In this document: piece by piece, positions 24,454 through 32,000 of the stretch
How the letters are laid out: every line of letters begins with the position of its first letter
Position numbering within the stretch: position 1 is the stretch's first letter
Assembly: GCA_965228485.1 (NCBI GenBank)
Contig: OZ245819.1
Coordinates: 390,001-422,000 of the forward strand
Direction of reading: 5' to 3'
From: Candidatus Saccharimonadota bacterium
GTDB taxonomy: Bacteria; Patescibacteriota; Gracilibacteria; UBA4473
Length of the DNA stretch: 32,000 bases
The notes under the pieces: model-generated
What the model was told of the DNA's origin: nothing
Databases searched by the model: none
Seen by the model: the letters and a program-made list of their open reading frames with translations, nothing else
Translations under genes and position numbers: made by a program

Positions 24454-24750
24454 ATGCAATTTATTATCATCGCTCGAGACCATACCGATCAAGAAGCTCT
24501 TAATCGCCGATTAGCCGTTCGAGATCAGCATCTTGCTGATAGTGAGAAACTTCATCAAGAAAATAAAGCGCTCTTTGGAGTCGCTATGCTTGATGAAAAT
24601 CAAAATATGAATGGATCGGTTTATATTATGGATTTTGAAGATCGAGCAGCTTTAGATGATTGGCTCAAAACTGAACCCTACGTCAAAAATAATGTCTGGA
24701 ACAATATCGAAATAATTCCTGGGAAAGTAGGTACTTCTTTTCTCAAATAA
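24454..24750 (+). CDS. YciI-like protein
   Basis: 98 aa. The MQFIIIARDH start, the central His, and C-terminal DDWLKTEPYVKNNVW...IEIIP match the YCII fold pattern (DPY/EPY..gv...i.p). Confidence 0.7.
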   Translation: MQFIIIARDHTDQEALNRRLAVRDQHLADSEKLHQENKALFGVAMLDENQNMNGSVYIMDFEDRAALDDWLKTEPYVKNNVWNNIEIIPGKVGTSFLK

Positions 24751-24770
24751 TCTCTATTGATTAAAATTTT

Positions 24771-25355
24771 ATGAACTCAAATCTAAAAACTATTAACGAA
24801 TTACCTTTTAAAAAGACAAAGGCTAAGACCATCTGTTTACCCGTAAAAGACATTGATACGGACATGATTATGCCCGCCCAATTTCTAAAAGTAACAACAA
24901 AAGAAGGTTTGGGAGAGCATGTCTTTCACAATCTGAAAAAAAATGATCCCAATTTCCCAAAATTCGAGGGGCAATCAATTCTCGTAACGGGACAAAATTT
25001 TGGTTGTGGATCTAGTCGAGAACACGCTCCATGGGGACTAAAAGATGCTGGGATTGATGTGATCATTGCTTCTGATTTTGCCGATATTTTTAAAGGAAAT
25101 GCCGAAAAAAATGAGATTCTTCCTATTATTCTTCCTGAAGCAATCGTTCAAAAATTTCTACGTTCTGGCGAAGACCTTTCTATTGACCTGGAGAACCAAA
25201 CGGTAATAGACAGTGAAAATACTACGCATCATTTTGATATTGCTGCCTTCACTAAAAAGAGACTTTTAGAAGGGCTCTCTGACCTAGATTACCTTTTAAC
25301 TTTTTCAGCAGATATTGAGTCTTTTGATCAAAAACAATCACAACTATATCAATAA
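24771..25355 (+). CDS. leuD: 3-isopropylmalate dehydratase small subunit
   Basis: DIDTDMIMPAQFLK, GQNFGCGSSREHAPWGLKDAGI and IIASDFADIF. 194 aa. Confidence 0.9.
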   Translation: MNSNLKTINELPFKKTKAKTICLPVKDIDTDMIMPAQFLKVTTKEGLGEHVFHNLKKNDPNFPKFEGQSILVTGQNFGCGSSREHAPWGLKDAGIDVIIASDFADIFKGNAEKNEILPIILPEAIVQKFLRSGEDLSIDLENQTVIDSENTTHHFDIAAFTKKRLLEGLSDLDYLLTFSADIESFDQKQSQLYQ

Positions 25356-25367
25356 AGAATAAACACA

Positions 25368-26444
25368 ATGAACACCTATAATATTGCCTTACTACCAGGA
25401 GACGGAATTGGAGAAGAAGTCTGCCAAGAAGCCGTAAAAGTCCTTCAACGTATCGAAGCTAAATATGATGTACAATTTGATTTTACTCATGGACTGATTG
25501 GAGGGGCCGCTTGGCCAGCTCATGGCAATCATTTCCCCGAAGAAACGAAGGCAATCGTTAAAAAATCAGATGCCATTCTTTTTGGTTCCGTTGGTGGGCC
25601 AGTTAATGCTCAATTCGAAGCTCAATGGAAAGACTGTGAGAGAAACTCAATTTTATCCATTAGAAAGTTTATTGGTGCTTCTATCAACTTAAGACCTGCT
25701 CCTATTTTTAGAGATCTCAATAGTTTCTGCCCACTTCGGAAAGATATTATTGGCAATGAAAGTTTTGAAATACTCGTTATTCGAGAACTCTCTGGAGGTA
25801 TTTACTTTGGGGAACATAGTCGCCCGACTACAGACTCCGCACTCGACACTTCTAGTTATGATCGATCTACGATCCAAAAAATCGCAAAATTTGCGTTTCA
25901 GGCCGCACAAAACAGAAAAAAGACCCTACACTCAATAGACAAGGCAAACGTCCTGGAAACGTCACGTTTATGGCGAGAAGTTTTTGAAGCGGAAGCAAAA
26001 AATTGGCCAGATATAAAAATAGAGCATTTGTACGTTGATAATGCCGTCCAACAATTAGTAAAATGGCCACGACAATTCGATGTTATTGCCTGTCCTAATC
26101 TCTTTGGAGATATTATAAGTGATCTTACGAGTGTTTTCCCTGGAAGTTTAGGGATGCTTGGTTCCGCTAGTTTTGGTGAAAAAATTCATCTTTATGAACC
26201 CTCCGGAGGATCTGCACCAGATATTGCTGGCAAAAACTTAGCCAACCCGATAGCTCAAATTTATTCGGCAGCCATGATGCTTCGACACTCTTTTCAAATG
26301 GACGAAGCCGCTTATAATATTGATAACGCCATTCTCAAAACTATTCAGGCTGGTTTTAGAACTGGAGATATCTACTCAGGGAATGAAAATGAGACTCGCC
26401 TGAGTTGCTCAGAAATGGGAGATAAGATTAGTTCTTATCTGTAA
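25368..26444 (+). CDS. leuB: 3-isopropylmalate dehydrogenase
   Basis: IALLPGDGIGEEV, LRPA, IRELSGGIYFG, NLFGDIISD and GSAPDIAGKNLANP. 358 aa. Confidence 0.93.
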   Translation: MNTYNIALLPGDGIGEEVCQEAVKVLQRIEAKYDVQFDFTHGLIGGAAWPAHGNHFPEETKAIVKKSDAILFGSVGGPVNAQFEAQWKDCERNSILSIRKFIGASINLRPAPIFRDLNSFCPLRKDIIGNESFEILVIRELSGGIYFGEHSRPTTDSALDTSSYDRSTIQKIAKFAFQAAQNRKKTLHSIDKANVLETSRLWREVFEAEAKNWPDIKIEHLYVDNAVQQLVKWPRQFDVIACPNLFGDIISDLTSVFPGSLGMLGSASFGEKIHLYEPSGGSAPDIAGKNLANPIAQIYSAAMMLRHSFQMDEAAYNIDNAILKTIQAGFRTGDIYSGNENETRLSCSEMGDKISSYL

Positions 26445-26606
26445 GGTCTAATTTCCAAAGGGTACAAGGAACCCCATCAGAAGCAGTGACCTCTCGTTTA
26501 CTTAGCCGCCCTTTGTATTTTTCAGAATAACGGTTAAGGACACTTTAAAAACGTTCCATCTGCCGATTATCTTTTGCTACATAAATAGCTACATAATCTA
26601 CAGAGT

Positions 26607-26852
26607 TCATTCTTCCATAGGTCCAAAGAAATCATCTATCAAACTCTCTAAAATCTGAGCAAACTGTCTTGGCCCTCTGTTATCATTTGGTGTTAAAGCA
26701 AACCCTCCTGCTAACATCCCATTAGTATAAACTCGATTTTCTAATCTCTGAGTGCTTTTAGAAATTTCTGGGAATAAGGCCAGCTTGGTTTCATCATCTA
26801 CTGATCGTTTAATGTAATAATGTCCTAAAACGTCTTTTGTCCAACATGAATT
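26607..26852 (-). pseudogene. Start-less 81-codon open frame, possibly the C-terminal remnant of a decayed gene
   Basis: The minus-strand frame is open from the stop at 26853-26855 to the stop at 26607-26609 (…HYYIKRSVDDETKLALFPEISKSTQRLENRVYTNGMLAGGFALTPNDNRGPRQFAQILESLIDDFFGPMEE*). The only ATG is at codon 46 and there is no in-frame GTG or TTG. No family recognised. Confidence 0.3.
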
Positions 26853-26873
26853 TTAGATTAAAAAACCAAAAAA

Positions 26874-26897
26874 GCCGCGTATACGCGACCTTTTTGG
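26874..26897 (-). terminator. Candidate terminator of the LPXTG protein gene
   Basis: The perfect palindrome CGCGTATACGCG (26876-26887) is flanked by an A run on the plus strand and a T run on the minus strand. The stem is short, so this is weak. Confidence 0.4.
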
Positions 26898-26931
26898 ACC
26901 CACAAAATATCCAGAACAAAGTATATCAATA

Positions 26932-28272
26932 TTAACTTCGGCGCACTCCAAAGAGCATCAAACCGATCCCCACCAACGCAATTGTTAGGAACACTCCTGG
27001 TCCCGTACTTGGTAGCATCATCCCTCCTGAAGAATGGTATTCACCAGAATCTTCTTCATCTCCACCAGCCACTTCTGCTGTAGACTCGCCGTCTTCACTG
27101 GCCGTTTTTTCTCCCGATTCTCCACCACTTAGTGCGGTATAGTGGTTTTCTTGAGCGTTTTCACCAAATCTATTTCTCATTTGAATAAGGTACGTTATAA
27201 AACTTTCCTCATTCTCAACTTTGGTTTCAGCATTAGCGGCTTCTCGAGCTTTAATTTGCTCATCGGCCGTTCTTGGATTTCGAGAAATATATGTCGTATT
27301 TACATGTTTTGCTGTTTCTAAATCTCCTTCTTCTAGAGCACTTTCATCTAAGTATCGATAAAAATTATCAATAGACGCTCGATATCTAAAATGCCCTGGT
27401 GGGAAGTCATATTCTTTTTCTGGAACAATGAACGCTAGCCCATCATCTCCAGATTCAGTTGGAGCAAAAGCTTCTTCTTCTCCGGTAGTTTCCATACCAA
27501 CCCCTCCATCACTACTAGCTTCTATACAAGCATCTGCATTCCCATTAAGCTCATACCCGCTATCACAAGTAATAATACAATTTGGGGCAGAAGATAGTTC
27601 TCCATTTGAAACACTGCTTCTTGGACAGCTTTCATAAAGCTTCTTCACAACTGCCAGTTTATTCACTGATCCTACCTCTGTATAACAAAGTCCTCCCTCA
27701 ATAATACAAAAATCATCATCATTGGCTGTCCAAGTATCGCTTCCCTCATAAGCAATCCAGGCTTTTTGACCATCTTGCGCATCTACTGGAAGCATAACTC
27801 GAGCCTCTGGAGAGAAAGTAAAGGTTTCATTCGATAGACCCCAATTAAAAGCGTCTAATACTTCTACTTCAGAAACTTGGTGACCACCTTCAAAAGTAAT
27901 TTCACTCTGAGTTGGTTTAATCGTGCTCCCTGGAGCTGAAAATTGACCATCCCAAGTAGTAATATTTGTTTCCTCTGGTGGAAAATCTCTCTTACTCTTA
28001 ATATTTACTCCCCCAACAACCGTTAGACGGGGAAACCCTCCTGGTCCTGCCTGATTCCCAATCGTTAAACTTCCATCTCCTCCTAAATCTACCTCAGCAT
28101 CTCCTTCGCTAGGAGAAGTGGTGTCTTCTAGTAGTACTCCATTAGGGAAGTAGAGATCGCCAACAATATCTCCATAATGAGTATCGACAGCGAAAGCTAT
28201 TGGGATAGCCAATAGAGAGAAAGCGGAGAGGGATAGTTTATGGATTTGTCGCATTTTTTTGATCGAGTTCAC
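26932..28272 (-). CDS. LPXTG-anchored cell-surface protein (sortase substrate)
   Basis: N-terminal signal peptide (KLSLSAFSLLAIPIAFA). C-terminal LPSTG, hydrophobic GPGVFLTIALVGIGLMLFGV and an RRS tail. Also a Cys-rich module (CPRSS...CIITCDSGYELNGNADACIE) and an acidic Gly/Glu/Ser stalk. Confidence 0.8.
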   Translation of the reverse strand: MNSIKKMRQIHKLSLSAFSLLAIPIAFAVDTHYGDIVGDLYFPNGVLLEDTTSPSEGDAEVDLGGDGSLTIGNQAGPGGFPRLTVVGGVNIKSKRDFPPEETNITTWDGQFSAPGSTIKPTQSEITFEGGHQVSEVEVLDAFNWGLSNETFTFSPEARVMLPVDAQDGQKAWIAYEGSDTWTANDDDFCIIEGGLCYTEVGSVNKLAVVKKLYESCPRSSVSNGELSSAPNCIITCDSGYELNGNADACIEASSDGGVGMETTGEEEAFAPTESGDDGLAFIVPEKEYDFPPGHFRYRASIDNFYRYLDESALEEGDLETAKHVNTTYISRNPRTADEQIKAREAANAETKVENEESFITYLIQMRNRFGENAQENHYTALSGGESGEKTASEDGESTAEVAGGDEEDSGEYHSSGGMMLPSTGPGVFLTIALVGIGLMLFGVRRS

Positions 28273-28297
28273 AAAAATTATTCAACTAAATTTAATT

Positions 28298-28331
28298 AAT
28301 TTTTTTACTCTTGCGCAATTTTTTTACTCTT
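28298..28331. repeat. 15-nt AT-rich direct repeat (two copies)
   Basis: AATTTTTTTACTCTT occurs at 28298-28312 and again at 28317-28331. It is immediately followed by the DnaA-box-like TTTTCCACT (28331-28339) and TAGCCACAA. Confidence 0.6.
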
Positions 28332-28375
28332 TTTCCACTAGCCACAAAAAAACGAATATGTTTTTTTAGTAAAAA

Positions 28376-28410
28376 CAAAAAAAGAGCTGAGCAAAAGCTC
28401 AACTCTTTTA
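28376..28410 (-). terminator. Rho-independent terminator of ilvC
   Basis: AGAGCTGAGC (28383-28392), loop AAAA, GCTCAACTCT (28397-28406, one mismatch). On the minus strand it is followed by a T run (the plus-strand A run at 28370-28383). Confidence 0.6.
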
Positions 28411-28433
28411 TGTGTAAGACTTAAGCCTCGTTA

Positions 28434-29480
<1,047 letters not shown>

Positions 29481-29568
29481 TTAAAAACAGACAGATTGTA
29501 TTAATGATGAGTCAAAAATCAAACTCATCCCAAAAGACCCATACGAGTAGAAAGCAATCCCCTATTTT

Positions 29569-29690
29569 TGTGGAAAAAATGTGCAAAAATAGACCTTGAA
29601 AATCATTCACATTTTTTCCACTTTTGTCTTGACCTTATCCACAAAAAAATTTAGGTTCGACTTCGCGCTGACCCACAGACGCAACCCACA
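29569..29690. promoter_or_regulatory. Cluster of DnaA-box-like 9-mers (candidate oriC element or DnaA-regulated divergent promoter region)
   Basis: One perfect TTATCCACA at 29635-29643. Near matches: TGTGGAAAA 29569-29577 (8/9, inverted), TGTGCAAAA 29580-29588 (7/9, inverted), TTTTCCACT 29614-29622 (7/9), TGACCCACA 29669-29677 (7/9) and CAACCCACA 29682-29690 (6/9). Confidence 0.5.
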
Positions 29691-29716
29691 AAAATACAAC
29701 TCTTTTGAAAAATTAA

Positions 29717-31003
29717 ATGCAACAATTTTTGACGAGCCTTGGCCCGAACGTTGGTATTATCGGTACTCAATGGGGTGATGAAGGAAAAGGAAAATTAGTC
29801 GATGCAATGTCTGAACATTTCGACTATATTTGTCGTAGCACTGGAGGAGCCAATGCTGGACATACAATCTACACAGAAGGAAAGAAATTTGTTTTTCATC
29901 TCCTGCCTTCTGGGCTTTTGCACCCAGAAACAATTGGAGTAATTGGAAATGGAACCGTTCTTGAACCAGTCAGCTTTGTTGAAGAAATTAAAAATCTAGA
30001 AGCTTCTGGCTTGGATAATGTATTTTCTCGTGTGAAAATTTCTCTTCATGCTCACCTACTTTTCGATTACCATAAAGCTATTGATGCAGAATTAGAAAAA
30101 CTAAAAGGAAAAGATAAAATTGGAACTACTTGTCGAGGAATTGGTCCTTGCTACAGTGATAAAATTGCTCGAAGAGGTATACGATGTGAAGATCTTTTAG
30201 ACCTAGAACTCCTAAAAGAAAAAATCGAACAAAACTGTGCTTTTCATTCTAAAACTTTGAGTCTTGATCTAGACCCTGAAGCAGAGTTTGAAAAAGTTAT
30301 GTCAGTTCGAGAAGTGATCAAACCACTTCTCTGCGACACAAGAATCCTACTTTTAGAATCTATTGATGCTGGAAAGAAAATCCTTTTCGAAGGGGCTCAA
30401 GCACATCATTTAGACATAGATCATGGGACTTACCCATTTGTAACAAGCTCTAGTGTTTCTGCTGGCGGTATTGCAACAGGACTTGGAATACCTCCAAAAA
30501 AAGTTTCCGCTCTCGTTGGAATCGCCAAGGCCTACACTACTCGAGTGGGTTCTGGACCTTTCCCAACAGAACTAGAAGATGAACTCGGTGAACAAATCCG
30601 TGAAGCTGGAGGTGAGTATGGAGCTACTACTGGACGACCTCGTCGATGTGGATGGTTTGATGGAGTAGTGGTGAGAAATGCTGTTGAATTCAACGGACTT
30701 GATACCATTAATCTTACGAAATTAGATGTTTTAACGGGTGTAAAAGAAATAAAAGTAGCCACAAAATATTGGCTAGACGATAAAGAACTAAAAACTGTCC
30801 CAACCACACGCAAAGCAAATAGTAAACTGGAAATTGAATACATCAGCTTTCCAGGATGGGATGAAGATTTAAGTGGAACTCAAACCTTTGAAGATCTCCC
30901 TAAAAATGCCCAAGACTATGTTTTGGGACTCGAAAAAATTATCAACTGTCCAATTAATGTCATTGGAGTTGGAATGGATCGTCAAGATCTGATTTTTCGT
31001 TAA
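29717..31003 (+). CDS. purA: Adenylosuccinate synthetase
   Basis: GTQWGDEGKGK P-loop, GGANAGHT, TTCRGIGPCY, GAQAHHLDIDHGTYPFVTSS and GATTGRPRRCGW. 428 aa. Confidence 0.93.
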   Translation: MQQFLTSLGPNVGIIGTQWGDEGKGKLVDAMSEHFDYICRSTGGANAGHTIYTEGKKFVFHLLPSGLLHPETIGVIGNGTVLEPVSFVEEIKNLEASGLDNVFSRVKISLHAHLLFDYHKAIDAELEKLKGKDKIGTTCRGIGPCYSDKIARRGIRCEDLLDLELLKEKIEQNCAFHSKTLSLDLDPEAEFEKVMSVREVIKPLLCDTRILLLESIDAGKKILFEGAQAHHLDIDHGTYPFVTSSSVSAGGIATGLGIPPKKVSALVGIAKAYTTRVGSGPFPTELEDELGEQIREAGGEYGATTGRPRRCGWFDGVVVRNAVEFNGLDTINLTKLDVLTGVKEIKVATKYWLDDKELKTVPTTRKANSKLEIEYISFPGWDEDLSGTQTFEDLPKNAQDYVLGLEKIINCPINVIGVGMDRQDLIFR

Positions 31004-31049
31004 AAAATAAAAACAACAAATTTTTCACCCCTTTAATTTTACTGCTTAA

Positions 31050-32000
31050 ATGAATCAAACTGAAGTTTGGAGCCAAGTACTAGACAACCTTTCTGGGAAA
31101 ATTTCTCGGATGGAGTTTATGACCTGGTTTCAAAAAGTTCATTTAAAAGAAATCTCTGGAAGCGCTATTCTTATCAGCTGTCCAACGGAGATGAATAAAA
31201 ACTGGCTTGAAAACAAATACTCAAGCTTAATTGTGGCGAACTTTCAAAAAGTTCTCCCAGAGATTCAGAGAGTTTTCTTTGAAGTTGATCTATCTCTAGC
31301 CGACAAAGCTCCAAGCAATCCCGAAGCTTTCATTGCTCCAAAAGCACCTCGAAAACTCCCGAAGCAACCTCAAGTTCGTCTTGAACCAGGACTAGAATCA
31401 CGACTTATCCAGCCAAAATTCACACTCCAAAATTTTGTTATTGGAGAAGAAAACCAACTGGCACATGCGGCTTGTGCGGCTGTTGCCGATACTGAGGTTG
31501 GACAAGAAAAGAAATATAATCCCCTCTATATCTACGGAGGAGTTGGACTTGGAAAGACTCACCTACTCCAAGGAACCGCCAATGAAATCTTACGAAGGAA
31601 TCCCGACGCCGTGGTTATTTATACTACAGCTGAACGATTTACCAATGAAGTCGTCAAAGCTATTCGAGAAAGAAAAACGGAAGCCCTCAGAAAAAAATAC
31701 CGGAAAGTTGATGTTCTTCTTATCGATGATGTTCAGTTTTTTTCTGGAAAAGAGCAAACTCAAGTGGAGGTGTTCAACACCTTCAACGATCTTAGGGATC
31801 TTGAAAAACAAATGGTCTTCTCGGCTGATCGTCCACCGGCTCAACTACAAGACATGATGGACAGACTGAGCTCTCGTCTTGGTTGGGGGCTAATTGTTGA
31901 TATTCAAATGCCAAACTTTGAAACTAAGGTGGCCATTATTCAACAAAAAGCAAAATCACTAGGACTCATTCTCCCTGAAGATGTTCAACACTTTATTGCT
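31050..32000 (+). CDS. dnaA: Chromosomal replication initiator DnaA, N-terminal 317 codons; continues past the window end
   Basis: ATG 31050; the frame stays open to nt 32000. It is absent from the ORF track only because it has no stop inside the window. Sequence runs MNQTEVWSQVLDNLSGKISRMEFMTWF..., then FTLQNFVIGEENQLAHAA, Walker A YGGVGLGKTHLLQ, Walker B LLIDDVQF and SADRPP. Confidence 0.93.
   Translation, partial: MNQTEVWSQVLDNLSGKISRMEFMTWFQKVHLKEISGSAILISCPTEMNKNWLENKYSSLIVANFQKVLPEIQRVFFEVDLSLADKAPSNPEAFIAPKAPRKLPKQPQVRLEPGLESRLIQPKFTLQNFVIGEENQLAHAACAAVADTEVGQEKKYNPLYIYGGVGLGKTHLLQGTANEILRRNPDAVVIYTTAERFTNEVVKAIRERKTEALRKKYRKVDVLLIDDVQFFSGKEQTQVEVFNTFNDLRDLEKQMVFSADRPPAQLQDMMDRLSSRLGWGLIVDIQMPNFETKVAIIQQKAKSLGLILPEDVQHFIA

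Noticed and set aside
26465-26500. GAAGCAG within ATCAGAAGCAGTGACC resembled the conserved SRP (4.5S) RNA domain IV motif GGAAGCAGC.
   Set aside because: I could find no GNAR tetraloop closed by the expected stem and no complementary 5' AGG/GUCAGG side. A 7-mer match alone is not significant.
29596-29778. 60-aa ORF in the ilvC-purA spacer.
   Set aside because: It overlaps the purA start out of frame and covers the DnaA-box/promoter region. Its composition is not protein-like.
31435-31857. 140-aa plus-strand ORF and an 84-aa antisense ORF (31590-31844) listed in the track.
   Set aside because: Both lie inside the well-supported dnaA frame, out of frame or antisense, and have low-complexity, non-protein-like sequence.
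31050-32000. dnaA is missing from the ORF track, which first suggested stop-codon reassignment (e.g. a UGA=Gly code) or a disrupted gene.
   Set aside because: The frame from ATG 31050 is open through nt 32000 and simply has no stop inside the window. Elsewhere TGA clearly terminates genes (568-570, 1125-1127, 22724-26) and long genes are intact under code 11.

Overview
AT-rich, tightly packed bacterial chromosome segment. It reads with the standard code: TGA acts as a stop, for example in the ATGA overlap at 567-570. The window ends inside the 5' part of dnaA (31050 to the window edge), so this is origin-proximal DNA. I could not run BLAST, HMM or RNA-folding tools, so every call rests on motifs I could read in the translations and sequence.

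Most of the content is housekeeping:
- Envelope and stress genes: partial mscS, a YdeN-like serine hydrolase, a D-2-hydroxyacid dehydrogenase, a class B PBP, and a long RelA/SpoT homolog.
- tmRNA (ssrA), followed by an aquaporin and rpsT.
- A long minus-strand chain: rpmE(type B)-membrane protein-rpmF-nusB-rnc-pabB-like-PDT-like-lspA.
- ridA, then a leuA-(U32)-(small TM)-leuC-(yciI-like)-leuD-leuB operon.
- An LPXTG surface protein, ilvC, purA and dnaA.

I did not find CRISPR arrays, transposases, integrases or recognisable defence genes, and no complete novel multi-gene system stands out. The observations most worth a second look are:
1. A divergent pair of paralogous secreted SLT-type murein hydrolases. 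Each carries two twin-arginine-consensus motifs, one N-terminal and one internal. One of the pair is also fused to a LAS/M15-like zinc peptidase domain.
2. An 18-codon leucine-rich leader ORF upstream of leuA with competing antiterminator and terminator pairings.
3. A PIKGT-type chorismate-utilising enzyme translationally coupled to an ACT-less prephenate-dehydratase-like protein inside a ribosomal/RNA-processing operon.
4. A leu operon interrupted by U32-family, small membrane and YciI-like genes.
5. A DnaA-box cluster, including one perfect TTATCCACA, in the ilvC-purA spacer rather than directly upstream of dnaA.
6. A tmRNA whose tag frame may be unusually long.
7. A roughly 490 bp non-coding gap containing a start-less gene remnant.
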